The notes below the pieces were generated by a model. That model worked only from the letters and a program-made list of their open reading frames with translations, did no database searches and had not been told where the DNA came from. A program made the position numbers and the translations under genes. From positions 147,923 to 211,922 of the forward strand of contig JACOYB010000004.1 of NCBI GenBank assembly GCA_016182085.1: a stretch of DNA of 64,000 nucleotides, read 5' to 3'. The DNA is from Candidatus Magasanikiibacteriota bacterium. Its GTDB lineage: Bacteria > Patescibacteriota > Patescibacteriia > Magasanikbacterales > GWA2-37-8. Positions within the stretch are counted from its first letter, which is position 1, and each line of letters opens with the position of its first letter. Shown one piece after another: positions 1 to 8,765 of this stretch.

Positions 1-48
1 AAAGCGGCCATGATAATCTTGCAAGATTATTTTGATAGAAAATCATAA
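1..48 (+). CDS. 3' end of a probable YqgF/RuvX-family nuclease (partial, window edge)
   Basis: Frame 1 reads KAAMIILQDYFDRKS*, matching the AAxxILQxYxD C-terminus of YqgF; only 15 codons are visible. Confidence 0.55.
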   Translation, partial: KAAMIILQDYFDRKS

Positions 49-59
49 GGCCCTGCTGT

Positions 60-665
60 ATGCTCGCAATAGTGTTGGCTAGAAAAGATATTAAAGAATT
101 TGATCAGATAGTTTCACTCTATACCCGCGAACAAGGGAAGAAAGATGTGTTGGCCAAAGGCATTAAAAAAATTACCAGTAAAAATTCTTCTAATCTAGAA
201 ATTATTTCAGTGGTAGAAGTGGAAATCGCGCAAGGAAAAGAGACAGATCATCTAACCAAGGTGCAGCCAATAAAAATATTTCATCGGATTTATTCTGATG
301 TTGATAAGATCCTGCTTGCCGGCTATATCATACAAGTATTTGATGATGCAGTTCTAGCAGGAGAAAAAGACGCAGCGTTATTTGATTTTTTACTTGGATT
401 TTTTGAATTTCTAAATACAGCTTCAACAATTAATTCGCTGCCGCTAGCCACAGGTTTTATCTTCAAATTCTGGCATCATTTAGGTTTTGGTGAGTTAGAA
501 GGCAAATATGCTCTATGGCTGGAAAGCAGCTGGGATGAAATAAATAACCTACATGTATCAAAAATCGAAGCGCAGTTGGCTTACCAAGCCGCGTTGCAGT
601 TTGCTCAGTATCATACGGGTAAAAAGCTTGCCAAATTTATAGAAAGTGATAGGATTATTGGGTAA
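60..665 (+). CDS. recO: DNA repair protein RecO (short form, no Zn-finger seen)
   Basis: N-terminal AIVLARKDIKEFDQIVSLYTREQGK..AKGIKKITSK OB-fold signature of RecO. Confidence 0.85.
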   Translation: MLAIVLARKDIKEFDQIVSLYTREQGKKDVLAKGIKKITSKNSSNLEIISVVEVEIAQGKETDHLTKVQPIKIFHRIYSDVDKILLAGYIIQVFDDAVLAGEKDAALFDFLLGFFEFLNTASTINSLPLATGFIFKFWHHLGFGELEGKYALWLESSWDEINNLHVSKIEAQLAYQAALQFAQYHTGKKLAKFIESDRIIG

Positions 666-689
666 TTCTGCTAATCCTTTAATGCATTT

Positions 690-1982
690 ATGCAAACATT
701 TGTTAAAAATTTAGCATCAATGGTTGGTCAAGAAGTAGAAGTTAAGGGCTGGTTATACAACAAGCGTTCTTCGGGACCGATTGCTTTTTTGGAATTGCGA
801 GATGGAAGTGGTTGGGTGCAGGCCGTGGCCGCTAAATCCGAGCTGGACCCGGTTGTTTGGGAAGAAATTGAAAAATCAACCCAGGAATCATCGGTAGTAG
901 TCACCGGTAAGGTTGCCAAACATCCAAAAAAAGCAACTGTTTTTGAACTTCAAGTTATAAATTTTAAATTATTACAGTTAGCTCATGAGTACCCTATTGC
1001 GCACAAAGAGCACGGGCCGGATTTTTTAATGGAAAATCGTCATTTGTGGCTGCGCAGCAAAAGGCAATGGGCAATTTTGCGCGTGCGTGATGCAGTTATT
1101 ACTGCCATCGGCGAATATTTGCATAAAGAAAATTTTATAAAAGTTGATTCGCCGGTATTTACACCAAATGCGTGCGAAGGTACGACGACTCTTTTTCCTG
1201 TGCCATATTTTGATTTGGGTACTGCTTATTTGTCTCAATCCGGACAGCTCTATATAGAAGCAGCGATTGCTTCGGTTGGCCGTTGTTATGATTTTGGCCC
1301 GGTATTTCGCGCGGAAAAAAGCAAAACTAAACGGCACTTAACTGAATTTTGGATGATGGATGCCGAAGCCGCATTTGTGGAACATGAAGATAATTTAAAA
1401 ATTCAAGAAGGATTAGTGCGATATATTATTCGTTATTGTTTAACTAACTGTCAGGAAGAATTAAAAATTTTGGAACGCAATACTGAACCGCTAGAAAAAG
1501 CAGACAAACCATTTACCCGTTACACATACGATGAAGCGATAAAGAAATTAAATGAATTGGGATCGGATATAAAATATGGAGAAGATTTGGGAAATGATGA
1601 TGAGGGGCTGCTCACCAAAGATAGTCAAGTGCCGGTGTTTATAGAAAAATGGCCAAAAAGCATCAAGCCATTTTATATGAAACGGGATTCAGTTAATTCC
1701 GATTTGGTATTAAACGATGATTTAATTGCGATTGAAGGGGCGGGAGAAATAATCGGAGGCAGTCAGCGCGAAGAGGATTATGAATTGCTGTTATCCAGAA
1801 TAAAAGCCGAGGAGTTAAACGAAGAAGATTATCAGTGGTATTTAGATTTGAGAAAATATGGCAGCGTGCCGCATTCGGGTTTTGGTATCGGGCTGGAACG
1901 AATGGTGCGCTGGATTACCGGCGTAGAGCATATTCGTGAGTGTATTCCTTTCCCTAGAACTATTGGCCGATTAAGACCGTAA
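690..1982 (+). CDS. asnS: Asparagine--tRNA ligase
   Basis: OB-fold anticodon domain; class II motifs YLSQSGQLY, FRAEKSKTKRHLTEFW, EIIGGSQRE, PHSGFGIGLER. Confidence 0.95.
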   Translation: MQTFVKNLASMVGQEVEVKGWLYNKRSSGPIAFLELRDGSGWVQAVAAKSELDPVVWEEIEKSTQESSVVVTGKVAKHPKKATVFELQVINFKLLQLAHEYPIAHKEHGPDFLMENRHLWLRSKRQWAILRVRDAVITAIGEYLHKENFIKVDSPVFTPNACEGTTTLFPVPYFDLGTAYLSQSGQLYIEAAIASVGRCYDFGPVFRAEKSKTKRHLTEFWMMDAEAAFVEHEDNLKIQEGLVRYIIRYCLTNCQEELKILERNTEPLEKADKPFTRYTYDEAIKKLNELGSDIKYGEDLGNDDEGLLTKDSQVPVFIEKWPKSIKPFYMKRDSVNSDLVLNDDLIAIEGAGEIIGGSQREEDYELLLSRIKAEELNEEDYQWYLDLRKYGSVPHSGFGIGLERMVRWITGVEHIRECIPFPRTIGRLRP

Positions 1983-2010
1983 TCGGGAAGTGTTAAAAAT
2001 AAACTACAAC

Positions 2011-2034
2011 AAAACCGCTAAAACAGCGGTTTTT
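2011..2034 (+). terminator. Intrinsic terminator after asnS
   Basis: AAAACCGCT-aaaac-AGCGGTTTT hairpin followed by a T-run. Confidence 0.7.
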
Positions 2035-2067
2035 GTCTATTTTTAGATAAATTTTTGTCTTGCCATA

Positions 2068-2097
2068 TTGACAAAATGATAAATTTATGGTAAGAAT
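2068..2097 (+). promoter_or_regulatory. Sigma70-type promoter of the GC-rich islet
   Basis: TTGACA-N17-TAAGAA(T), with TGG just before the -10. Confidence 0.55.
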
Positions 2098-2208
2098 GTT
2101 CTCAGAAGGCTCTCCGGTTGGAGAGCTGCTTTGACATAAAACTGCGTCCAGGGGGTACTAACTTCCGGACGTTTGTTCACAAATTCACCCTTCACGGGGA
2201 GGTCTGTC

Positions 2209-4563
2209 ATGGGATTTAACGACTTTTTCGCTGATAGTGCGACTCGTAGTCACCAGGGCGGTTCCACCTCGGATACCGCCAAATCCGGATTCAGTCCGGC
2301 GCCGGGCAGGACAAGCCTTACGTCCGATCTTCCGGCGGCAACGCAGTGGGATCGGGAAGCGGAGCGAGCGATCGGCCGTGCAAATCGGCACTTGGATGAG
2401 TTGCCCGAATTGATTCGGGCGGCCAAGGACACCTTTGGAAATGTCCAGTTCCAAGAAGCCAAAGCGGCCATTGGCCAACTGGAGAACAAGCTCTCGCTCG
2501 CTCAAGATAACGCGGGCAGAGCCAAAGGGATTCTGGGTCATGGCAGTGTTGAGAATAAGGCGCTGCTGGAACAGCTGGATATGCTGGAGCAGCGGATTCA
2601 ATCCGCCAAAGAAGATGTGGCGCCGATTCTGGCACGGAAGCCGCCAGAGACCAAGAGTGTTCCATTCTCCCTTCCTGGGGTAGATGAGGAACCTGACGCG
2701 GTTGGTAAATGGGAGAAAGAGCAGACTGCTACCCAGGATTCCTGGGAGACCACGCAGACTGCGATCAATTCATTGCCACCCGATGAGCGAGAGCCCGTTG
2801 GGTACGAGCAGGAAAGCTGTCGGGTTCGAGGCCCGGTGGCCGACAATGCCTTTGAGGGGATCAAGCTATTCATCAAGGCTCGAGCCGAGGATGATATTGA
2901 TCACGCCTACGACATTACGTATCCTTCCTTCTTGGTCGGACCAGGCAAGGTTGGTCCGTACAAGCTGGATCCGGCGCTCAAAGGCGGAAAGGTAGTGTTC
3001 TTCCTGGCTCACCATTCGGAGCGAGGTTACCCCGAGTGGGTCATCGGCCCCGATAACGTGGAAGAGTTCAGGCAGAACATTGACGCGTACGTTGGTGCGG
3101 CTCGCACGGCGCTGCCAGGAAGCAAAAAAATTCCTGGCTCACAGGCCGATGGGGCCGACAAGTTTCCCCACGACCCCTCAATGCTTGAGCTTGAGGCGTT
3201 TGGCAAAGCGCCTTACCAGCAACAGCTGGGTGCAGGACAGAGCGAAGCCCCCTTCAACCAGCCGAAGGAACACTCCGGAATGTTCGGGGTGATGTGGGAT
3301 GGACTCACCGAAGGGATGGATGAAGCCAATGGCGGCAGTTCTGCTGTTGGCGCGCGTAATGCGCATATTCGTCTGACTGACTACGTGGAGAAGGCTCGGG
3401 AAATCGCCCGTCAACTAATGGCGGACGTAAACTCGGGAAAGATGCAGCATCTGGATGCTCGCGGCGCAGCCGTGGCCGGTCGCAACGATTTGATGCGAGG
3501 TGTGAGAGAGCGGATGTCACCATCCGCGCGCTATACCTCACAGAAGATCAAGGCAGACGATGGCATCTCCGAAGGCGCCATGGTCAAGAAGAAGGTGCCG
3601 GATCTCCTGAATGCGGCGCGAAAGGGCGGGGATGGTATGCGAGTTCTTGGTCAGGCAGGTAGTCCGGAAGATCTCCGCAAGTTCTTGGGAGAAGAATCCG
3701 AAGCCTGGTCCAAGTATCTCAAGGCTCTTGAGGCTGGCGAACCTAGCAAGTCCGTAACCTCAAAAGCTGTTCAGGAGATGAGTCAGCAGCCGTCGGTCAG
3801 CCGTGCCATCATCAATTCTGCTGGCAAGAACAACCAAACGGTAACCAGGCTTGTAAAGCTGGGTCGTGTGGCTGGTGCGGCAGGGGCCGCAGCCGGTGTT
3901 GTTGATATGGCTCAAACCATTTACAACGCCGAAGATGGAGAGCGACTCCACGTGGCTGCGGGTGAGCTCGGTGGATTTGTAGGTGGAATTATTGGCGCTG
4001 AACTTGGCGCCATGGCCGCAGTCTGGGTTGCGTCACTGATCATTTCTGGTCCGGCTGCGCCTGTCGTGCTGGTCGTGTCGCTTATCGGCGGCATGGTCGG
4101 CGGAGCGATTGGCGCGCAAGCTGGGCACGAAATGCCGAACATGGCAACTGCGGCGCTTGGCGAAGGCCTTAACGCGGTGGTTACTCCCGGATCCGGGCAA
4201 GCCGGTGGCTATGCTGGTATGCACCAGCGCAGCTCCCAGGCTGGCAAGGACAAGATGAACACCGCGGAACGGTTGCGTCAGATCCAGGACCAGCTCGATT
4301 CGGATATCAGGCAGGCTGAAACCGAAATCAAGAAGGCCAAGGATCGGGACGATCTTGACCGTTGGCAGTTGCAGCGGCTTAACCTGCTGAACTATCGCGA
4401 CCAGGTCGGCGGTATCTACCAGCTCCTGCGGGCTGGCAAGATCAACGAGACCCAGGTCTACGAACTGATGGGTGAAGAGGTCGTCAAACCCGAACCTCAG
4501 GAGTGCGCTCCTGAAGAAGAATCGGAAGGCGGGGCCAATGAAGTTTCTGAAGTTGAGCGGTAA
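2209..4563 (+). CDS. GC-rich foreign protein with coiled coils and a C-terminal glycine-zipper membrane region; possible polymorphic or pore-forming toxin
   Basis: ATG at 2209 preceded by GGAGG (ORF track starts at 2173); GxxxG-rich hydrophobic stretch GELGGFVGGIIGAELG...LIGGMVGGAIG; base composition unlike its neighbours. Confidence 0.6.
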   Translation: MGFNDFFADSATRSHQGGSTSDTAKSGFSPAPGRTSLTSDLPAATQWDREAERAIGRANRHLDELPELIRAAKDTFGNVQFQEAKAAIGQLENKLSLAQDNAGRAKGILGHGSVENKALLEQLDMLEQRIQSAKEDVAPILARKPPETKSVPFSLPGVDEEPDAVGKWEKEQTATQDSWETTQTAINSLPPDEREPVGYEQESCRVRGPVADNAFEGIKLFIKARAEDDIDHAYDITYPSFLVGPGKVGPYKLDPALKGGKVVFFLAHHSERGYPEWVIGPDNVEEFRQNIDAYVGAARTALPGSKKIPGSQADGADKFPHDPSMLELEAFGKAPYQQQLGAGQSEAPFNQPKEHSGMFGVMWDGLTEGMDEANGGSSAVGARNAHIRLTDYVEKAREIARQLMADVNSGKMQHLDARGAAVAGRNDLMRGVRERMSPSARYTSQKIKADDGISEGAMVKKKVPDLLNAARKGGDGMRVLGQAGSPEDLRKFLGEESEAWSKYLKALEAGEPSKSVTSKAVQEMSQQPSVSRAIINSAGKNNQTVTRLVKLGRVAGAAGAAAGVVDMAQTIYNAEDGERLHVAAGELGGFVGGIIGAELGAMAAVWVASLIISGPAAPVVLVVSLIGGMVGGAIGAQAGHEMPNMATAALGEGLNAVVTPGSGQAGGYAGMHQRSSQAGKDKMNTAERLRQIQDQLDSDIRQAETEIKKAKDRDDLDRWQLQRLNLLNYRDQVGGIYQLLRAGKINETQVYELMGEEVVKPEPQECAPEEESEGGANEVSEVER

Positions 4564-4975
4564 TCGTACCCAGAATCGGGCGACCTTGTGGATGGTTGAC
4601 GTGGGATTGTTCCTGTTCGGAATGTTTGCCGCGTTTACCACGTATGTGTTAGTTCCCCAACTGAACCGCTCGTTGCCTGTGTGGACACTGGTATTCTTGC
4701 TGCCAGTGCTAACATTTACGGTACGAGTCCAGTTCGTCAAATCTGAGAACGGCGTAATTGCAAAATTCATCTACTTCTGGCTGTTTGTTCCGTATAGGTT
4801 CAGTAGTCAGGAAGTGGTGGATGTAGCGACAAGCTGTAGTTCAGATGATCTGGACAAAGAAGATGAGCTGGGGTTGATGAGGAGGGACGGAAACCACAAC
4901 TGGATTGAGTGCTACGGCGCAAATGCCGTGGCTCAGTGGATACGAAAATCCACCGGTTTGAACCTCGAACCGTAG
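4538..4975 (+). CDS. Small membrane protein overlapping the upstream gene; candidate immunity protein
   Basis: ATG at 4538 within the 4472..4975 ORF; two hydrophobic helices then a short soluble domain. Confidence 0.55.
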   Translation: MKFLKLSGNRTQNRATLWMVDVGLFLFGMFAAFTTYVLVPQLNRSLPVWTLVFLLPVLTFTVRVQFVKSENGVIAKFIYFWLFVPYRFSSQEVVDVATSCSSDDLDKEDELGLMRRDGNHNWIECYGANAVAQWIRKSTGLNLEP

Positions 4976-5030
4976 TTGCAAGAGGAGGTCAGTCGTCTGG
5001 TCGGAGCAATCCGAACAGACGCGAAGTTTC

Positions 5031-5061
5031 AAAGCCGGCGGCTAGTATAGCGCCGGCTTTT
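5031..5061 (+). terminator. Terminator closing the islet
   Basis: AAAGCCGGCG...CGCCGGCTTT hairpin plus T-run. Confidence 0.75.
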
Positions 5062-5079
5062 GTATTTTTATAGTTTGGA

Positions 5080-5108
5080 TTGACAAAGAGGTAGGTGTAG
5101 ATTATAAT
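5080..5108 (+). promoter_or_regulatory. Consensus sigma70 promoter of tRNA-Leu
   Basis: Perfect TTGACA-N17-TATAAT. Confidence 0.85.
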
Positions 5109-5127
5109 TTGTCATACATATAAATTA

Positions 5128-5209
5128 GCCGAAGTGGCGGAATTGGTAGACGCACACGACTCAAAATCGTGCGGAGAAATCCATGAGAGTTCGATTCTCT
5201 CCTTCGGCA
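5128..5209 (+). tRNA. tRNA-Leu (anticodon CAA), CCA not encoded
   Basis: Acceptor GCCGAAG/CTTCGGC-A; D-loop GGAATTGGTAGAC; anticodon arm CACGA-CTCAAAA-TCGTG; long variable arm; T-arm GAGAG-TTCGATT-CTCTC. Confidence 0.97.
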
Positions 5210-5210
5210 C

Positions 5211-5248
5211 AAATAATAAAGACCCGCGAGTGCGGGTCTTTATTATTT
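5211..5248. terminator. Terminator after the tRNA
   Basis: 17-bp perfect inverted repeat AAATAATAAAGACCCGC-gagt-GCGGGTCTTTATTATTT. Confidence 0.85.
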
Positions 5249-5338
5249 TGGTTGCTCTAGAGAATTGAACGCCGGAGTGGTGCTGAGTTTTTTTATTAAA
5301 TTGTTTGTGGTATAATATTTTTGTCTTATACATTATTT

Positions 5339-6112
5339 ATGGCTGAAGTAATCGCAGTAGTTAACCAAAAAGGCGGGGTAGGCAAAACCACTACGGCCGT
5401 CAATTTAGCCGCAGCTCTGGCTGAAAGCGGCAAATTTGTATTGCTTGTTGATTTGGATCCGCAGGGAAATGCCACCTCCGGATTAGGCATAAAATATCAA
5501 GAATTGGAACAAGGATTGTATCACAGTCTTGCCGGCCAAACTCGTTTGCACGACGTGGTACACAATACTGCTCATGCGGGGTTGCGGGTAGCTCCGGCTA
5601 CCCCAGATTTAGCAGGTGCAAATGTGGAGCTGGTAAATGTAGAAGGCCGTGAAAAAAAATTAGATGAAATTTTATCTGAAGTGTCTCATGCCTACGATTA
5701 TATTATCATTGATTGCCCGCCATCTCTGGGAATTTTAACCCTCAATGGCCTTATCGCTGCCGATCATATTTTGATTCCGGTGCAGGCTGAATACTATGCC
5801 TTGGAAGGATTGGGACAATTGCTTAAAACTATAGAACTTATACGAAGCAACTTAAAACCGGAGTTAAAAATTTTGGGCGCTGTGCTTACCATGTATGATT
5901 CTCGCAACAGCTTATCCGAAGAAGTAATGAATGATCTTTATAAATTTTTCCCAGATAATATTTTTCGTTCGGTTATTCCGCGCACCGTGCGGCTGGCTGA
6001 AGCGCCAAGTTTTGGCCAAAGTATTTTCCATTATGACCCAAGCGGTAAGGCTGCCAAAGCATACGAAAGGTTGGGCAAAGAATTTTTAGAAAGGTTTGAA
6101 AAAGAAGAATAA
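5339..6112 (+). CDS. parA: Chromosome partitioning ATPase ParA/Soj
   Basis: NQKGGVGKTTT deviant Walker A, DLDPQGNA, IDCPPSLG, EYYALEG, LAEAPSFG; ATG at 5339. Confidence 0.95.
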   Translation: MAEVIAVVNQKGGVGKTTTAVNLAAALAESGKFVLLVDLDPQGNATSGLGIKYQELEQGLYHSLAGQTRLHDVVHNTAHAGLRVAPATPDLAGANVELVNVEGREKKLDEILSEVSHAYDYIIIDCPPSLGILTLNGLIAADHILIPVQAEYYALEGLGQLLKTIELIRSNLKPELKILGAVLTMYDSRNSLSEEVMNDLYKFFPDNIFRSVIPRTVRLAEAPSFGQSIFHYDPSGKAAKAYERLGKEFLERFEKEE

Positions 6113-6122
6113 TTTTTAATAG

Positions 6123-6196
6123 TGTCATCCTGAACTTGTTTCAGGATCTGTATATTTAATAACTAAAGAGATGCTGAAAACTTGTTCAGCATGACA
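6123..6196. repeat. TGTC-tagged REP-like inverted pair (subfamily 2) between parA and parB
   Basis: TGTCATCCTGAACTTGTTTCAGGATCT ... AGATGCTGAAAACTTGTTCAGCATGACA; each arm is itself a hairpin. Confidence 0.8.
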
Positions 6197-6206
6197 GATA
6201 AAATAT

Positions 6207-7049
6207 ATGGCCTTAGGCAAAGGACTGGGCGCCCTAATCTCCGGCGCTCCAAAACAAAAATCAGAATCACATTCCGGCGCGGATGGCCAGGAACGAGTTT
6301 GGCATATTCCGGTTGGCTCCATTACCCCAGGCACCAATCAGCCTCGGCAAAATTTTACAACTCCGGAACTTGATGATCTGGCAGCGTCTATAAAAGAACA
6401 TGGAATTTTGCAGCCACTACTTGTTACCGAACGCCTAGATGGCGGGTATGAACTAATTGCCGGAGAAAGACGTTGGCGAGCCGCGCAAATGATTGGACTT
6501 GCTACTGTGCCAGCGCTCATTAAGCAATTACCAGACAGGCAAAAATTAGAAGTAGCACTCATTGAAAATATTCAGAGAGAAAATTTAACGCCGATTGAAG
6601 AAGCGTTTGCTTATCAAAGACTCATGGATGAGTTTGCCTTAACTCAACAAGAAGTGGCGGAAAAAGTAGGTAAAAGCAGACCGGCGGTGGCCAACACTGT
6701 TAGGCTGCTCAGTTTACCGGAAGAAGTAAAAACCGCGTTAACCGACAAACGCATCAATATGAGTCAGGCTCGCGCCCTCTTGTCTCTGGAAGACAAAGCC
6801 AAGCAACTGGATATGCTTTCATCCATGCTTGGTCAGCGCATTACGGTACGAGAATTGGAGCGGTCAGTTAGCAAGCAAAATACCAAAAAAAGTCATCGCG
6901 ACCCCAATGTAACATATTTAGAAGACCAGTTGCGCGCTGCTCTTGGTACCAAAGTAACCATAACTAAAAAAGGCGAGCGAGGAACGATTGTTATAGATTT
7001 CTACTCGCAAGAAGAATTAACTCGTTTACTTAAAAAACTTACCGGTTAG
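6207..7049 (+). CDS. parB: Chromosome partitioning protein ParB/Spo0J
   Basis: LGKGLGALI N-terminus; GILQPL, IAGERRWRA, ALIENIQRENL; HTH region. Confidence 0.95.
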   Translation: MALGKGLGALISGAPKQKSESHSGADGQERVWHIPVGSITPGTNQPRQNFTTPELDDLAASIKEHGILQPLLVTERLDGGYELIAGERRWRAAQMIGLATVPALIKQLPDRQKLEVALIENIQRENLTPIEEAFAYQRLMDEFALTQQEVAEKVGKSRPAVANTVRLLSLPEEVKTALTDKRINMSQARALLSLEDKAKQLDMLSSMLGQRITVRELERSVSKQNTKKSHRDPNVTYLEDQLRAALGTKVTITKKGERGTIVIDFYSQEELTRLLKKLTG

Positions 7050-7065
7050 AATTGAGGGTGTTATG

Positions 7066-8568
7066 TTATTTTTTTGTTCGGGGCATGATAATTTTTAGCC
7101 ATTTGCCTTTTTCAGTTTTCAGTTTTTCTTTTATTTTTGATTTTGCTTGGTGTGTTTTTACATGTTTAAGCCAATCTTGGCTTGGACCCTTGCGATTTTT
7201 GTCGGTAAAAACTTCTATCACATCGCCGCTTTTAAGCGGTGTGTCTAGACTTACCAGCTGATCATTTATTTTTGCGCCATTGCATTGATTGCCAATATCC
7301 GTATGAATATGATAGGCAAAATCAATCGGGGTGGCATCTTCGGGCAGATCTATGACGTCGCCTTTAGGCGTGAACACAAAAATACGATTTTTAAAGAAAT
7401 CAACTTTTAGCTCATCTATATCGGATAGTTTTTCCAAAATATTTTTTTGGATATCGGCCAGTTCTTTGGCCCAAAAAATATCTTTGGCCGGCAAGCGGGC
7501 GCCTCGTTCGTCATAATGCCAGTGGGCCGCAATACCATATTCCGCCTCATCATGCATGGATTTATCTCGGATTTGAAATTCAACGATTTTTCCATCTACG
7601 CAAAATACGGTGGTGTGCAAGGATTGATAGCCGTTTGGTTTAGGTTGAGAAATATAATCTTTGATGCGTCCTTTGAGCGGCCGCCAGAGTTTGTGAATGA
7701 TGCCCAGCGCCGCGTAGCAATCGGATACGCTGTTTACAATAATGCGAATTGCAACCACATCATAAATTTGTTCGGCATTTTCCCAGCCGCCTTTGGCCAT
7801 GATTTTGCGGTACAAACTATATAATGTTTTTTCCCGACCATGGACATTTAAAACATCGATACCGGCATTTTTCAGTTCAGACTTAGCTATTTCCATTACA
7901 TTCTGCAAATAAACCTCGCGCTCTGAAACCAAAGTCTTTCGTAATTCTTCGGTTTTTTCATATTCCTTTGGCAGGATATGAGGGAAAGATAAGTCCTCCA
8001 AAAGACCTTTGAATTCTCCGATACCTAGGCGGTTAGCAATAGGAGCGTAAATTTCTAAGCTTTCCAAAGCAATGCGATGTTTTTTCTTAGGCGGCAACGC
8101 GTCCAGCGTAGATAGGTTGTGTACGCGGTCGGCGAATTTAATGATCATTACGCGGATATCTTCGGCCATGGCCACAAACATTTTGCGCAGATTTTCTATA
8201 TATCGTTCCACGCCGCGATACTTTAGTTTTCCCAATTTGGTAATGCCGCGAATCATGCCGGCTATATCAGGGCCAAAATTCTTCTCTATTTCTTCCAGGG
8301 TCACCGAGGTATCTTCGGGTACATCATGAAGCAGAGCCGCGACAATGATATTTGGGTCAATTCTCATGCGAGCCAAAATCATGGCCGTAGCCACCGGATG
8401 AATGATATATGGTTCGCCGGATTTTCTAAATTGCCCGCGATGCGCTTTCTCGGCGAAATCATAAGCAAGCCGCACCATATCCGTATCTTGCTTGCGGTAA
8501 TAAGTCTTGATTTGTTCCATCAAGTCGGTGATATTTGGATTTGTTGGGATTATATCTTTATAGGGCAT
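7066..8568 (-). CDS. rel: RelA/SpoT homologue (HD hydrolase + synthetase + TGS; no ACT domain)
   Basis: HRGQFRKSGEPYIIHP, LLHDVPED, KFADRVHN, KDYISQPKPNGYQSLH, EFQIR, AAHWHY; TGS motif FVFTPKGD..DFAYHIHT. Confidence 0.9.
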   Translation of the reverse strand: MPYKDIIPTNPNITDLMEQIKTYYRKQDTDMVRLAYDFAEKAHRGQFRKSGEPYIIHPVATAMILARMRIDPNIIVAALLHDVPEDTSVTLEEIEKNFGPDIAGMIRGITKLGKLKYRGVERYIENLRKMFVAMAEDIRVMIIKFADRVHNLSTLDALPPKKKHRIALESLEIYAPIANRLGIGEFKGLLEDLSFPHILPKEYEKTEELRKTLVSEREVYLQNVMEIAKSELKNAGIDVLNVHGREKTLYSLYRKIMAKGGWENAEQIYDVVAIRIIVNSVSDCYAALGIIHKLWRPLKGRIKDYISQPKPNGYQSLHTTVFCVDGKIVEFQIRDKSMHDEAEYGIAAHWHYDERGARLPAKDIFWAKELADIQKNILEKLSDIDELKVDFFKNRIFVFTPKGDVIDLPEDATPIDFAYHIHTDIGNQCNGAKINDQLVSLDTPLKSGDVIEVFTDKNRKGPSQDWLKHVKTHQAKSKIKEKLKTEKGKWLKIIMPRTKK

Positions 8569-8612
8569 ATTAAGTGAATTTTATCTTATTTAGGTGATTA
8601 AATCAATCTGAC

Positions 8613-8688
8613 TGTCATTCCCGCCACAGCGGGAATCCAGGTGATTCGTTCGATCGGATACTAGATTCCCGCTGTGGCGGGAATGACA
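8613..8688. repeat. TGTC-tagged REP-like inverted pair (gene-less relative of the GIY-YIG cassette ends)
   Basis: TGTCATTCCCGCCACAGCGGGAATCCAG (8613-8640) and CTAGATTCCCGCTGTGGCGGGAATGACA (8661-8688): 28-bp inverted repeat, 1 mismatch, 20-bp spacer. Confidence 0.9.
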
Positions 8689-8698
8689 ACGATTTAAA

Positions 8699-8732
8699 AT
8701 AAAACAAACGTGAATATTCACGTTTGTTTTAT
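8699..8732. repeat. 34-bp perfect palindrome downstream of gyrA (likely terminator)
   Basis: ATAAAACAAACGTGAAT|ATTCACGTTTGTTTTAT with no spacer. Confidence 0.75.
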
Positions 8733-8765
8733 AAATATTATTTTTATAATTACTAGGGACGAGGC

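Noticed and set aside
4033-4770. 245-aa minus-strand ORF in the GC-rich islet
   Set aside because: Long shadow ORFs are expected in GC-rich DNA; the plus-strand pair has the SD, promoter and terminator.
2068-5209. tRNA-targeted integrative island
   Set aside because: The islet lies 5' of the tRNA, no duplicated tRNA end was seen and there is no integrase.
8699-8732. Possible parS site near parAB
   Set aside because: Contains TTCACGT but does not match the 16-bp TGTTTCACGTGAAACA consensus or its symmetry centre.
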